This document shows, one piece after another, positions 9,215 to 19,558 of a stretch of 62,383 bases of DNA. The stretch comes from an uncultured Collinsella sp. (GTDB taxonomy: Bacteria; Actinomycetota; Coriobacteriia; Coriobacteriales; Coriobacteriaceae). Every line of letters begins with the position of its first letter. Position 1 is the stretch's first letter. The notes beneath the pieces were generated by a model. The model was not told where the DNA came from, searched no databases, and worked only from the letters and a program-made list of their open reading frames with translations. The stretch spans positions 1-62,383 of the forward strand of contig CAJLJQ010000001.1 of assembly GCA_905207015.1 (NCBI GenBank). Direction: 5' to 3'. The translations under genes and the position numbers were made by a program.

Positions 9215-10138
9215 CTAGCAGGCGGCCATAATGGGGGCAGCGACCTGCTTCTTACGGGAAAGGACACCCGGCATCCAGACGCCGTCGTGCTCGTCAGCAA
9301 TGCCCAGGCCCTTCTGAGCAGCCTCGGTCTCGCCCTCGAGCAGGACCTGCGAGCCCTCCTCCATGATGTCGGTGATGCACAGGACAATGCCGTCGGCGCC
9401 CTTCTCGGCGGCGTAGGCGCGCATGGCCTCGCGGATCTCGTCGATCATGCCGAGTGCGCGGCTCTTGTCGACGGTCTCGTACTGGCCGATGAGCAGCTTC
9501 TTGCCAGCGGGCTCGAACATCTTGATGTCGTTGCCGACCATCTCGGCTGCGGTGAAGGAGCCGGACGGACGGGTGAGGAAGACCTCCATGCCAAACTTGA
9601 CCGGGTCGACGCCCACCTGCTCGCCGAGCTTGGCGGCAACGGCGCGGTCGACATCGGTGGTGGTGGGGCTCTTGAGCATGAGCGTGTCGGTCATCATGGC
9701 CGAGAGCAGCAGCTTGGCCTGGACGTCGGAAAGCTCAACGCCGAGCACGCCGGCGAGCTTGGTGACGATGGTGCAGCTGGAACCCCAGGGCAGGCAGATG
9801 TAGTGCAGCGGGCCGGCGGTCTCGAAATCGCCGATGCGGTGATGATCGACGACGCCAAAGACCGTGGCGTCCTTAAGGCCGGCGACAGACTGGGCGGACT
9901 CGTTGTGGTCGGTGAGGACGACGAGCTGGCCGGCCTCGACGGACTCGATCACGCGGGGCTCGGCAATGCCGGCGTCGGCAAGCAGCTTGGCGGACTCGGC
10001 CGGAAGCTGACCAAGGGCGCAGGCCTCGTAGGTGTTGCCGGCATACTCAACCTGGTTGAGCAGCTGGGACAGGACGACGGCGCTCATGATGGCGTCGTTA
10101 TCGGGGTTCTGGTGACCAAAGACAAGAACGTTTGCCAT
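9215..10138 (-). CDS. ppaC: Manganese-dependent (family II) inorganic pyrophosphatase
   Basis: GHQNPDND, DHNE, VDHH, C-terminal SRKKQV. Confidence 0.95.
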   Translation of the reverse strand: MANVLVFGHQNPDNDAIMSAVVLSQLLNQVEYAGNTYEACALGQLPAESAKLLADAGIAEPRVIESVEAGQLVVLTDHNESAQSVAGLKDATVFGVVDHHRIGDFETAGPLHYICLPWGSSCTIVTKLAGVLGVELSDVQAKLLLSAMMTDTLMLKSPTTTDVDRAVAAKLGEQVGVDPVKFGMEVFLTRPSGSFTAAEMVGNDIKMFEPAGKKLLIGQYETVDKSRALGMIDEIREAMRAYAAEKGADGIVLCITDIMEEGSQVLLEGETEAAQKGLGIADEHDGVWMPGVLSRKKQVAAPIMAAC

Positions 10139-10297
10139 GGATATCCTCCACTTGATATGTGTACTTGGACGTAGCTATGGTAGCACGCTGACGCCGAACC
10201 TTATGAGACGGAAGGGTCGCGGCACAATTTGGGGCAAGCGCTGAGGCGAGGTCAGGGACGAAGCCTGTCCCCCTTTCACCACCTGCCCCCGCACCAG

Positions 10298-11251
10298 CTA
10301 TTTACCGGCGGCGCGCAGGGCTACGTAAGCGGCACCGATGATGCCGGCGTCGTTGCCGAGCGAAGCGACCTTAATGGGCGTCTCGCGCGAGGCGGAGAGC
10401 GCGTACTGCTTAAAGTGCTCGCGGACCTTGTCGAGGTAGACATCGGCCGAAGCGGAAGCACCGCCGCCGATCAGGAACATCTCGGGATCGACCACGTTGG
10501 CAATAAGCGCCAGGGCGCGGCCGAGATAGTCGGCCATGGTATCGGCAGCTGCCAGCGCGAGCTTGTCACCCTCGCGGCAGGCCTGGAACACGTCCTTGGA
10601 ATCAGAAGGCCCGGTGAGCTCGATGGGCTCGACGCCCGCCTTCTTGCACTCGGCAAGGTAGTTACTCACCACGCCGGTGGCGCTGGAATACTGCTCCAGA
10701 TGGCCATGGCCGCCACAGCCGCAGGTGCGCTCCTCTTCGGGGTTCAGGCACATGTGGCCAATCTCGCCGCCGGCACCCACAACGCCCGATACCACGTCGC
10801 CGTTAACGATAACGCCACCGCCCACGCCGGTACCGATGGTGACCATCACCACGTTCTGTACGCTCTTGGCAGAGCCGAGCCAGGCCTCGCCCATGGCAGC
10901 GGCGTTGGCATCGTTTTCGTACTTAACGACCGCGTCGGGGCAGTGCTCCTGAATGGCGACTCTTAGCTCGGGCAGGTTAATGGCAATGTTGGCCTTGACC
11001 TTGGCATCGCCCGATGCCGGGATGGGGCACGGAACGGCCAGGCCAATACCCGCTACAAAGGCGCGCGGAATCTGGGCCTTGGCGACCACCTGGTCGATAG
11101 CCTCGGTCACCGCGGCAAAGCCCGCGGCGTCAACGATAGGAGGCGTGGGCACGCTGGCCTTGGCAAGCAGGTTGCCGTCCTCGTCGAACAGGCCTTCCTT
11201 AACCGAAGTGCCGCCAACGTCGATGCCGATATAGTACTGCTTAGGTTCCAT
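10298..11251 (-). CDS. ROK family sugar kinase (glucokinase-like)
   Basis: IGIDVGGT, ENDANAAA, GTGVGGG, GEIGH..CGCG..GHLE, LGNDAGIIGAA. Confidence 0.92.
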   Translation of the reverse strand: MEPKQYYIGIDVGGTSVKEGLFDEDGNLLAKASVPTPPIVDAAGFAAVTEAIDQVVAKAQIPRAFVAGIGLAVPCPIPASGDAKVKANIAINLPELRVAIQEHCPDAVVKYENDANAAAMGEAWLGSAKSVQNVVMVTIGTGVGGGVIVNGDVVSGVVGAGGEIGHMCLNPEEERTCGCGGHGHLEQYSSATGVVSNYLAECKKAGVEPIELTGPSDSKDVFQACREGDKLALAAADTMADYLGRALALIANVVDPEMFLIGGGASASADVYLDKVREHFKQYALSASRETPIKVASLGNDAGIIGAAYVALRAAGK

Positions 11252-11591
11252 GGGAGCCCACCTTTCTCGTTTAAACATTGCCTGTATGGTACCGCTCCCC
11301 AGGCAAAAACCTGTCAAAAAGGGACAGGTTTGTTTTGGCAGGTTTTATCTGGGAAAACGCAAGGCATGAAATTCGGTTCGCTGGGCGGCAAAACGGCCCA
11401 ACCCCGTCCTCGAGCCAATCAATTTGCTCAATACCACATTATTCGAATGCATATTCATTTAGAGCGCTCTAGTTAATATAGAAAAGCGTTTTTTGATTAT
11501 ATCTTTCTCGAACTTTTCAAAAACGCAATAGGGATGCTTAGACGTGGACTATACTTTCGTTTGTACTCAATCAAGCCGGAAAGGAGGTTCC

Positions 11592-12311
11592 ATGATTCCC
11601 AAATACGAGGCAATAGCTGCAGATATCCGTCGAAGCATCGAGGACGGCGCTCTAAAGCCGGGCGACAAGCTGCCCACCGTCGTTGAGTTCTGCGAGCTCT
11701 ATAGCGTTTCCAAAATCACCGTCAAACGAGCTATTGAGCAGATTACCGATGAAGGTCTTGTTACCAGCCGGCGCGGATCGGGCACCTACGTTAAGGACAC
11801 GGCGGGGCTTCCCGGCCAGGCGTTTTTCCAGGGCAAGAACGATCGCTCCCAGGGCTTTTCGTATGAGCACCGCGGGGAGAAGGTGACCTCGGTGGTCTAC
11901 GATTTCTCGATTGTCAATCCGCCAGCAGACGTCGCTGCCCAGCTGGGAATTGCCGAGGACGACTTTGCCTATCACATCGTGCGCGTGCGCCAGGTCGACG
12001 AGAAGCCCATCGTTATCGAGTACACCCACATGCCCCTCGAGCTGATTCCGGGCCTTAAAAAGAAAGACCTGTATGGATCGGTCTACAGCTTCATCCGCAA
12101 GCAATGCGGGCTGAAGATTTCGAGTTTCCACCGCACCATTCGCGCCGTAGCGGCAACCGAGGAAGAGGCTGAGCGCCTGAACACCAAACCCGGCTCTCCC
12201 CTGCTCGAGCTCAACCAGATTGGCTTTTTGGATAGCGGCACCGCCTTTGAGCATTCGATCTCGCGCAACGTTGGTGACCGCTTTGAGCTGCACAACGTAA
12301 CGTTGGCATAG
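11592..12311 (+). CDS. GntR family regulator with UTRA domain (HutC subfamily)
   Basis: wHTH (PGDKLP...VSKITV...RRGSGTYV) plus C-terminal UTRA; AAGGAGG RBS. Confidence 0.92.
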   Translation: MIPKYEAIAADIRRSIEDGALKPGDKLPTVVEFCELYSVSKITVKRAIEQITDEGLVTSRRGSGTYVKDTAGLPGQAFFQGKNDRSQGFSYEHRGEKVTSVVYDFSIVNPPADVAAQLGIAEDDFAYHIVRVRQVDEKPIVIEYTHMPLELIPGLKKKDLYGSVYSFIRKQCGLKISSFHRTIRAVAATEEEAERLNTKPGSPLLELNQIGFLDSGTAFEHSISRNVGDRFELHNVTLA

Positions 12312-12386
12312 GTTTTTGTAGTCATGCGGGCGCTCGTTACGGCTCGTTTAGAGTGGGCGGCCGCGCAACACCATGGGGGTATGAAC

Positions 12387-13319
12387 ATGTCCGATTTGAT
12401 TAAACTGACGCCGATCTTTCACGAGAAGATCTGGGGCGGCCGCCAGCTCGAAACCGTATTTGGTTATGACATTCCCGAGGGTCCCATCGGTGAGTGCTGG
12501 GCCATCTCGGCACACCCCAACGGCGACTGCCAGATCGCTGAGGGCCCGTACGCCGGTCACACGCTGTCATGGCTGTGGGCCGAGCACCGCGAGCTCTTTG
12601 GCAACTGCGAGGGCAAGGAGTTCCCGCTGCTCATTAAGATTCTGGACGCCAAGGACGACCTTTCGATCCAAATCCATCCCAACGACGAGTACGCCGCCGA
12701 GCACGAGAACGGTAGCTTGGGCAAAACCGAGTGCTGGTATGTGCTGGACTGCGAGCCCGGCTCCACGATCATCGTCGGCCAGCGTGCCAAGGACCGCGCC
12801 GAGGCCGCACAGATGATCGAGGAAGGCCGTTGGGACGACATGCTCAACGTACTGCCGATTCACAAGGGCGACTTTTTCCAGATTGATTCCGGTACCGTGC
12901 ACGCCATCAAGACCGGCACGCTCATTTTAGAGACGCAGCAGTCGAGCGACGTGACGTATCGCCTGTACGACTACGACCGTCCCGGCACCGACGGCAAACT
13001 GCGTCCCCTGCACATTGAGCAGAGTCTCGACTGCATCGACTTTGATTCTCAGGCCCCGACCGACGGCACCGTGACCGCGCCCGAAGTCGACGGCGTGACC
13101 GAACTCGAGTCCAACCCCTGCTACACCGTCGATCGCGTGCGCGTCAACGGCAGCAAGACCTTGGAGCAGCGCTGGCCCTTCATGTGTCTGTCGGTCATCG
13201 ACGGCGAAGGCACCGTCTGCGGCGACCCCGTCCACAAGGGAAGCCACCTGCTAGCCCCGAGCACCGTCAGCTCCATCGACCTCGAAGGCAAGATGGAATT
13301 GATCATCAGCCACCTCTAG
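12387..13319 (+). CDS. manA: Mannose-6-phosphate isomerase, class I
   Basis: EKIWGG, GECWAISAHPNG, PLLIKILDA, LSIQIHP, GKTECW, QQSSDVTYRLYDY. Confidence 0.93.
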   Translation: MSDLIKLTPIFHEKIWGGRQLETVFGYDIPEGPIGECWAISAHPNGDCQIAEGPYAGHTLSWLWAEHRELFGNCEGKEFPLLIKILDAKDDLSIQIHPNDEYAAEHENGSLGKTECWYVLDCEPGSTIIVGQRAKDRAEAAQMIEEGRWDDMLNVLPIHKGDFFQIDSGTVHAIKTGTLILETQQSSDVTYRLYDYDRPGTDGKLRPLHIEQSLDCIDFDSQAPTDGTVTAPEVDGVTELESNPCYTVDRVRVNGSKTLEQRWPFMCLSVIDGEGTVCGDPVHKGSHLLAPSTVSSIDLEGKMELIISHL

Positions 13320-13345
13320 GTCGCACCAACAACCAAAACGCAACA

Positions 13346-13382
13346 AGGGGCTCCCCCGCTCATCAAACGGGAGAGCCCCTAC
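13346..13382. terminator. Hairpin between convergent manA and pcrA
   Basis: GGGGCTC.CCCG...CGGG.GAGCCCC inverted repeat; weak U-tract. Confidence 0.5.
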
Positions 13383-13488
13383 TCACATCTATTTATCAGC
13401 CCACCCGGCTCTCCAGACCAAAAAGCGAACGAGCAAAGCGACGTTCGCAAGCAACGTTGTCCATGGCGCCTGTCCGGGGCCGCCGGGA

Positions 13489-16389
13489 TCACGACAGCTT
13501 GACGATCGGTGCAAAACCTTTCATCAGCTTTTTGGTCTGGCCGGTTTTTTCGAACTGGACCTCGATCATGTCTCCGGCGACCGAGATCACGGTACCGGTG
13601 CCAAAGGTCTTGTGGCTCACGGTATCGCCCGCGGCAAAGTCCTGCGACGCGCTGGCGCGATCGACCTTGCGCTCCACCGTCGGCGACACCTTGGACGACG
13701 GCTTTTTAGCTCGCGGCGCGCCCGACCCAAAGGTCGAGGCAACACGGCCGGCGTCGGGCGAAACCCCGCGATGGCGCTCGGTGCCATAGGTGCTGCCACC
13801 AAAGAAATCGTCGAAGCTCGATCCGCTGCGCGAACCGGAACCGCCGGTCGAGCGCGTATGCGAACCGAACACCTTGCCGCCATACATATCCGAGCCCATG
13901 CCCGAGCCAAAAGTGCCGTGACGGTCGCCGCGCTTCTCCCATCCCGTGCCCTCAAAACCGGCAGAACCGATACCGCTAAACTCGATATCCTCAAACGGAA
14001 TCTCGTTGAGGAAGCGCGAGCGCGGGTTGGCAGAGGTCGAGCCGTAGGTGCGACGCGTGGCCGCATAGGTCAGGAACAGGCGCTTACGGGCACGCGTGAT
14101 GGCAACGTAGGCCAGGCGACGCTCCTCCTCGAGCTTGCCCGGATCATCGCTGCCGCCAAAGTCGTGCACGTGCGGGAAGATGCCCTCCTCCATGCCGGCC
14201 ACGAACACCGCCGGGAACTCCAGGCCCTTGGCGGAGTGGATGGTCATCATGGTAATGGCATGCGTCTCGCCGGCCAGGGAATCCAAGTCGGAGCGCAGGG
14301 CCAGCCACTCCATGAGAGCAGGAAGCGCCTTACAGGTGAGCGGACCGTAGGTGCGCTCGATCTCGTCGGCATGCACGGCACCCGCCGGCATCTCCGTCGG
14401 CGCGGCATAGGCGTTGCCCGCGATGGCGGCGGCCAAGGCATCCTGCGGCGAGAACGCCGGGGCGGCTAGGCTATCGAGCGGATTGGAGCCCGCGGCGTCA
14501 CGAGCGCCGACAAGTGCCTCAAACGAGGATGCCGGAGCGGACGGCCCCGGCTCGGGCGCGGGCGCACTCACCACGACGGGCTCGGGCTCGGCACTGACAG
14601 GCACATCGGCAACACCGGCTGCACGCAGCTCTTCCAAGCTCTCGAGCGTGCCCTCGATATCCTCGTGCGTCTCCTCAAATTCGGCAGCGACGCCCAGGAA
14701 TTCCTGGATGTTCTCGGCGCGGCTCTCGGACTCCATGGTGCCCTCGGCGCGGAACGCCTGCAGCAGGCCCGTCTTGTCGACAATCATCTCGACGACATCC
14801 TTGAGCTCGCCGTCCATGCGACGGCCCTCGCGCACCAGCGCCACAAAACTCGACAGGCCGTTGCGCACCTTGGCACTAAACATGCCCGTCTCGGCTGTTG
14901 CGATCTCGCAGGCCTGGAAGAACGAGCAACGGTTGTCGCGCGCCAGCTGCTCAATCTTTTGGATCGAAGTGGAGCCGATGCCGCGGCGCGGCGTGTTGAT
15001 GACGCGCTTGACGCTCATCTCGTCGGCCGGGTTCACGATCATCTTGAGGTAGGCCATGACATCGCGGATCTCGGCGCGGTCGAAGAATCGCGTGCCGCCG
15101 ACGATCTTGTAGGGCACGCCCGCGCGCAGGAACATATCTTCGAGGATACGCGACTGGGCGTTGGTGCGGTAGAACACGGCGATATCGTCGTAGCTCGTGC
15201 CCTTGGCATGCAGCTTCTCGATCTCGCCGGCAATCCAGCGACCCTCGTCGCGCTCGTCGCTTGCCTGGAAAGCCTGAATCTTCTCGCCATCGCCCTCGGC
15301 CGTAAACAGGCGCTTGTCCTTGCGCTGCGAGTTGTGGCGAACAACGGCATTGGCGGCGCTCAGGATATGGCCCGTAGAGCGATAGTTCTGCTCCAGCTTG
15401 ACGGTCTTGCAGTTTTTAAAGTCCTGCTCAAAGTCCAGGATGTTGGTGATGTCGGCGCCACGCCAGCTGTAAATGGACTGGTCGTCGTCGCCCACGACCA
15501 TAAGGTTTTGGTACTTGGCGGCCAGCAGGTTGGCGATCTCGTACTGGACGTGGTTGGTGTCCTGATACTCGTCGACGCTAATGTAGCGGAAGCGCTCTTG
15601 ATACTTGTCGAGCACCTCGGGGCGGGTGCGCAGCAGCTCGAGCGTGCGCACGAGCAGGTCGTCGAAGTCCATCGCGTTGGCGGCGCGCAGGCGGCGCTCC
15701 AGCTCCAAGTAGACCTGCGCGGCCTTTTTGTCATTGGGGCTGTCAGCGGATTTGAGCATGTCCTCGGGCCCGATCATGGCGTTTTTGGCCGAGCTGATCT
15801 TGCTGCGGATCATGTTGATGGGGAACTGCTTTTGCTCAATGCCGAGCGCCTGCATAATGTCGCGCACCATGCGCTTTGAGTCATCGTCATCGTAGATGGT
15901 GAACTGGCCGGTGTAGCCCAGCAGGTCGGCGTCCTCGCGCAGCATGCGCACGCACATGGCATGGAAGGTGCACACCCACATGCCGCGGGTGCCACTGGGG
16001 ATGAGCGCTGCCAGACGCTCGCGCATCTCGGCCGCGGCCTTGTTGGTAAACGTGATGGCCAGGACCTGCCAGGGCTTAACGCCCAGGTCGCCAAGCATAT
16101 GCGCGATGCGGAAGGTCAGGACGCGGGTCTTACCCGAACCGGCGCCGGCGAGCACCAGCAACGGACCCTCGGTGGTGAGTACCGCCTCACGCTGGGCGGG
16201 GTTCAGGCTATCGATGTCGACGAGCGGCTTGGCGGGCTTGGGTGCCGGCGCGGAAGCGTCGTAGATGTCGAGCGGAACGAGCTCGGGCTCCGGCGCAGCG
16301 GGGGCGGTGTATGCATCGAGCGGCACGGGTTCCGGCGCAGGCGGCACGGGTACCGCGGCGTTCTTTTCCCAGGGCAAGGGCTGGGTCAT
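13489..16389 (-). CDS. pcrA: UvrD/PcrA family ATP-dependent DNA helicase
   Basis: AGAGSGKT, TFTNKAA, DEYQD, VGDDDQSIY, LEQNYRS, TIHSAKGLEF, EEERRLAYVAITRA, C-terminal Tudor-like domain. Confidence 0.95.
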   Translation of the reverse strand: MTQPLPWEKNAAVPVPPAPEPVPLDAYTAPAAPEPELVPLDIYDASAPAPKPAKPLVDIDSLNPAQREAVLTTEGPLLVLAGAGSGKTRVLTFRIAHMLGDLGVKPWQVLAITFTNKAAAEMRERLAALIPSGTRGMWVCTFHAMCVRMLREDADLLGYTGQFTIYDDDDSKRMVRDIMQALGIEQKQFPINMIRSKISSAKNAMIGPEDMLKSADSPNDKKAAQVYLELERRLRAANAMDFDDLLVRTLELLRTRPEVLDKYQERFRYISVDEYQDTNHVQYEIANLLAAKYQNLMVVGDDDQSIYSWRGADITNILDFEQDFKNCKTVKLEQNYRSTGHILSAANAVVRHNSQRKDKRLFTAEGDGEKIQAFQASDERDEGRWIAGEIEKLHAKGTSYDDIAVFYRTNAQSRILEDMFLRAGVPYKIVGGTRFFDRAEIRDVMAYLKMIVNPADEMSVKRVINTPRRGIGSTSIQKIEQLARDNRCSFFQACEIATAETGMFSAKVRNGLSSFVALVREGRRMDGELKDVVEMIVDKTGLLQAFRAEGTMESESRAENIQEFLGVAAEFEETHEDIEGTLESLEELRAAGVADVPVSAEPEPVVVSAPAPEPGPSAPASSFEALVGARDAAGSNPLDSLAAPAFSPQDALAAAIAGNAYAAPTEMPAGAVHADEIERTYGPLTCKALPALMEWLALRSDLDSLAGETHAITMMTIHSAKGLEFPAVFVAGMEEGIFPHVHDFGGSDDPGKLEEERRLAYVAITRARKRLFLTYAATRRTYGSTSANPRSRFLNEIPFEDIEFSGIGSAGFEGTGWEKRGDRHGTFGSGMGSDMYGGKVFGSHTRSTGGSGSRSGSSFDDFFGGSTYGTERHRGVSPDAGRVASTFGSGAPRAKKPSSKVSPTVERKVDRASASQDFAAGDTVSHKTFGTGTVISVAGDMIEVQFEKTGQTKKLMKGFAPIVKLS

Positions 16390-16528
16390 GGGCGACTCCT
16401 CATCTGACGGACGGCGCGCCTGCGGGCAGCGCCATAGTTTGAGCCGTACCAGTATACCGAGCCGCGCGGACACCGACGCAAATCACACCACGACTCCGTG
16501 CGCCGCCGTCAGGCCCACCCCATCGCCC

Positions 16529-16573
16529 AAAAACGAGGGCGGCATAGACCTTTTGGTCATGCCACCCTCTTTG
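16529..16573 (-). terminator. Intrinsic terminator after uppP
   Basis: GAGGGCGGCAT...ATGCCACCCTC stem preceded by AAAAA on the + strand. Confidence 0.65.
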
Positions 16574-16616
16574 AATGACAAGTTGTCGCTCTGGCCGCCG
16601 CGCAGCGTCAACCAAG

Positions 16617-17597
16617 TTACAGGCCGAGCATGGGCTCCAGAACGAAGAAGTATGCGAGCACTACGATGCCCAGGATGATGCGGTAGACGCCGAAGCACTT
16701 GAAGTCGTGACGGCGGACGAAGCCCATGAGCCACTTGATGGCGATGAGCGAAACCACAAAGGCCACAACGCAGCCCACGCCCAAGATGGCGATCTCGTTG
16801 GTGCCGAACGTGCCGCCCTTGATGAAGTACTTGACCAGCTTGAGCGCACTCGCGCCAAACATAACAGGAATAGCCAGGAAGAACGTGAACTTAGACGCCA
16901 CCGAACGCGTACAGCCCAAAAGCAGGCCGCCGATGATGGTAGAACCGGAGCGAGACGTACCAGGCACCAGCGAAAGCACCTGGAAGCAGCCGATACCCAG
17001 CGCAGTCTTCCAGCTCAGGTCCTCGAGCGTGGCGATGGAACCAAAGTCCAGATTCTCGTCATCGTCCTCATCCTCAGCGGTAGCCGTGGCGGACGCCGCA
17101 AAGTGCGCACCGGCGGGACGTCCACCCGACACCACAGCACGCGAACCAAACGAACCGGCAACGGCCATTTCCTCGCGCTTGCTCGCGCGCCAGTTCTCTA
17201 TCACGATAAACAGCACGCCGTACACAATGAGCGCCAGCGCCACGACGGGAGCGTTGTAGAAATGCTCCTCCATCCAGTCGTTGAGCGGCAGGCCGATCGC
17301 CGCCGCAGGAATGCAACCGAGCACAATCTTGCCCCACAGCACCCAGGTGTCGCGACGGCCCTCCTTGCCCTTGCTGGGCGAGAACGGGTTGAGCTCGTGG
17401 AAAAACAGCACACAGACGGCCAGAATGGCGCCGAGCTGAATCACGACCAGGAACATATTCCAGAACGTCTCGCTCACGTTCATCTTGACGAACTCGTCCA
17501 CCAAGATCATGTGACCCGTCGACGAAACGGGCAGCCATTCGGTGATGCCCTCGACCAGGCCCATGAAGGCAGATTTTAGAAGCTCGATAATATCCAA
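16617..17597 (-). CDS. uppP: Undecaprenyl-diphosphate phosphatase
   Basis: VEGITEWLPVSSTGH, IQLGAILA, PGTSRSG, FFLAIP; TTG start after GAGGGGG. Confidence 0.95.
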   Translation of the reverse strand: MDIIELLKSAFMGLVEGITEWLPVSSTGHMILVDEFVKMNVSETFWNMFLVVIQLGAILAVCVLFFHELNPFSPSKGKEGRRDTWVLWGKIVLGCIPAAAIGLPLNDWMEEHFYNAPVVALALIVYGVLFIVIENWRASKREEMAVAGSFGSRAVVSGGRPAGAHFAASATATAEDEDDDENLDFGSIATLEDLSWKTALGIGCFQVLSLVPGTSRSGSTIIGGLLLGCTRSVASKFTFFLAIPVMFGASALKLVKYFIKGGTFGTNEIAILGVGCVVAFVVSLIAIKWLMGFVRRHDFKCFGVYRIILGIVVLAYFFVLEPMLGL

Positions 17598-17846
17598 AGG
17601 GACCCCCTCGTTAGACACCCGCCGGTAGATGTTCTGCGGACGATGCGGGCGATGTCCCATTATCAACCGTTGGCGGTGCGACCGCGCCTACCCTTACCAA
17701 AAAACTCGCCCGTTCACAGAATTGCGAGCAGTTAAACCGAAATCCTTGGGTATAACTGCAACAAGATAAAGTGTCCGGCGGTCAACGCACCCGCGCCCGC
17801 CCGACGCACGAGCCCCGCGCCCGTGCGATAGACCAAGGAGGAAACC

Positions 17847-18284
17847 ATGAACGAGGGCTACACCAAGGTATTTGTTTCACTCGACGGTACTGAGCAGCAG
17901 GATTTTGTGCTCGCACGCGCCATCAAGGTCGCCGCGAACAACGGCGCCAAGCTGATTATCGGCCACGTTATCGATTCCACGGCACTCGAGAGCGCCGGCT
18001 CCTATCCGGTCGACCTGGTCAACGGCCTAGAGGAGGCATTTAAGAACTCCATCGCCAAGCAGCTCGAAGAGGCCAAGGCCAATCCCGACATTCCCGAGGT
18101 CGAGGTCATGATTCGCGCCGGCCGCATTCGCGAGACGCTCAAGGACGAGATGCTCGACGTGGTTAAGCCCGACCTGGTGCTCTGCGGCGCCCGCGGCCTG
18201 TCCTCGATCAAGTATGCGCTGCTGGGTTCAATTTCGACGTTCCTGCTGCGCAATACGGACTGCGACATTTTGGTTGTGAAGTAG
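17847..18284 (+). CDS. Universal stress protein (UspA family)
   Basis: V.V.LDG at N-terminus, G.RG.S.....LLGSIS motif, CDILVVK. Confidence 0.92.
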   Translation: MNEGYTKVFVSLDGTEQQDFVLARAIKVAANNGAKLIIGHVIDSTALESAGSYPVDLVNGLEEAFKNSIAKQLEEAKANPDIPEVEVMIRAGRIRETLKDEMLDVVKPDLVLCGARGLSSIKYALLGSISTFLLRNTDCDILVVK

Positions 18285-18297
18285 CGTTGCTCCCACC

Positions 18298-18390
18298 GGC
18301 CGCGGGGCCTGCGGGGTTTCCACGGGCACGTCCTCGCCGCGTTGCGGCTGCGGGATATGCCCTTAGGAAACCCCTCCCGGCCCCGCGGCC
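18298..18390. repeat. Long intergenic palindrome / structured element
   Basis: GGCCGCGGGGCC/GGCCCCGCGGCC, GGGGTTTCC/GGAAACCCC and GGGCA/TGCCC nested stems. Confidence 0.7.
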
Positions 18391-18430
18391 TTCGCAGCCT
18401 TACTTCAGCGAGTTGGCTGATAAAAGATGG

Positions 18431-18464
18431 CGTGCCGCCCCGTTTGGGGTGGCACGTTTTGTTT
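18431..18464 (+). terminator. Intrinsic terminator after usp
   Basis: CGTGCCGCCCC-GTTT-GGGGTGGCACG followed by TTTTGTTT. Confidence 0.75.
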
Positions 18465-18505
18465 GGGCTGCACGTTTTTGTTTGGGTGGGCGTCTGCCGC
18501 GTGCG

Positions 18506-19558
18506 TTACTCGAAATATTGAAACTTATTCGTTGAAAACGCGAATGTTACGACGAAGCCTTCGCCGGGCTCGGATGCCGCGGTGACGTCGATGCCCATCT
18601 TGGAGCACAGGCGCGCCACCAGGTAGAGGCCGATGCCCGTTGCGCGCTTGGTGGTGCGGCCGTTGTCGCCGGTAAAACCCTTCTCGAACACGCGCGGCAG
18701 GTCGGCCGCGCTCACGCCGCAGCCGTTGTCCGCGACGGTAAGCTCGATGCGTTCGCTCGCCAGGCCCTCGTCCAGCAACGCGCCCGAAAACACGATCTTT
18801 GCGCCGTCCTCGCGCGCATATTTGATGCTGTTCTGAATAAGCTGGCCTAAGATGAACTCCAGCCATTTCTCGTCGGTAAAGACCTCGAAGTCGAGGTTCT
18901 CGCACACCGGAGCCACGTGCGCCGCGATAAGCTCGCGCGCGTTGGCTTTAATCGCGCCCGTCACCAAGGTCTTGAGATCCCAACGGCGAATCAGGTAGTC
19001 GCGCTCCACGACTTCCGAGCGCGCATAGTACAGCGCCTGGTCGATATAGCGCTCAACGCGAGCCAGCTCGCGACCCAGGTCATCCACACGCGACAGGTCG
19101 TCTTCGCTGCCGTCCAGGTTTTCCAAAATCAGGTGGGCCGCCGCCAGGGGCAGCTTGGCCTCGTGGACCCAGCTCTCGATATAGTCGCGATAGTCATCGG
19201 TCTGACGTCGGCCTTCGGCAACCTCGTCGCAGGCAGCTTTGCCCACCCGGCGCAAGACCTCGTATTCGAGCTCGCCCTCGGCATAGGTCGGGCATTGCAC
19301 CATCTCCTGCACCCATGCGGGACTTTCCAGCTCCTCGGCTGCACGCTCCAACTGGTGCAGAAAACGACGACGGCGCGCATATTCGATCACGATACCCAGC
19401 ATGCCAAAGATAAAGGACACACCGACCGCCACGACCACGATAGATGCCGGGGCCCCGGCAACCATCAGCACAAAGCAGCTCAGCAGCACGCCGCACGTCC
19501 ACACGGCGACGGGCAACAGCGCATCTTTAAAGAACTTGCCAAACGACATAGCTGGCAC
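18506..19558 (-). CDS. Intramembrane-sensing histidine kinase (BceS/GraS-like)
   Basis: Two N-terminal TM helices, WVHEAKLPL H-box, YIDQALYYARS, TDEKWL, FEKGFTG, G.GLYL. Confidence 0.9.
   Translation of the reverse strand: MPAMSFGKFFKDALLPVAVWTCGVLLSCFVLMVAGAPASIVVVAVGVSFIFGMLGIVIEYARRRRFLHQLERAAEELESPAWVQEMVQCPTYAEGELEYEVLRRVGKAACDEVAEGRRQTDDYRDYIESWVHEAKLPLAAAHLILENLDGSEDDLSRVDDLGRELARVERYIDQALYYARSEVVERDYLIRRWDLKTLVTGAIKANARELIAAHVAPVCENLDFEVFTDEKWLEFILGQLIQNSIKYAREDGAKIVFSGALLDEGLASERIELTVADNGCGVSAADLPRVFEKGFTGDNGRTTKRATGIGLYLVARLCSKMGIDVTAASEPGEGFVVTFAFSTNKFQYFE

Noticed and set aside
14330..14670. Intein in PcrA
   Set aside because: Low-complexity insert without splice-junction residues or an endonuclease motif.
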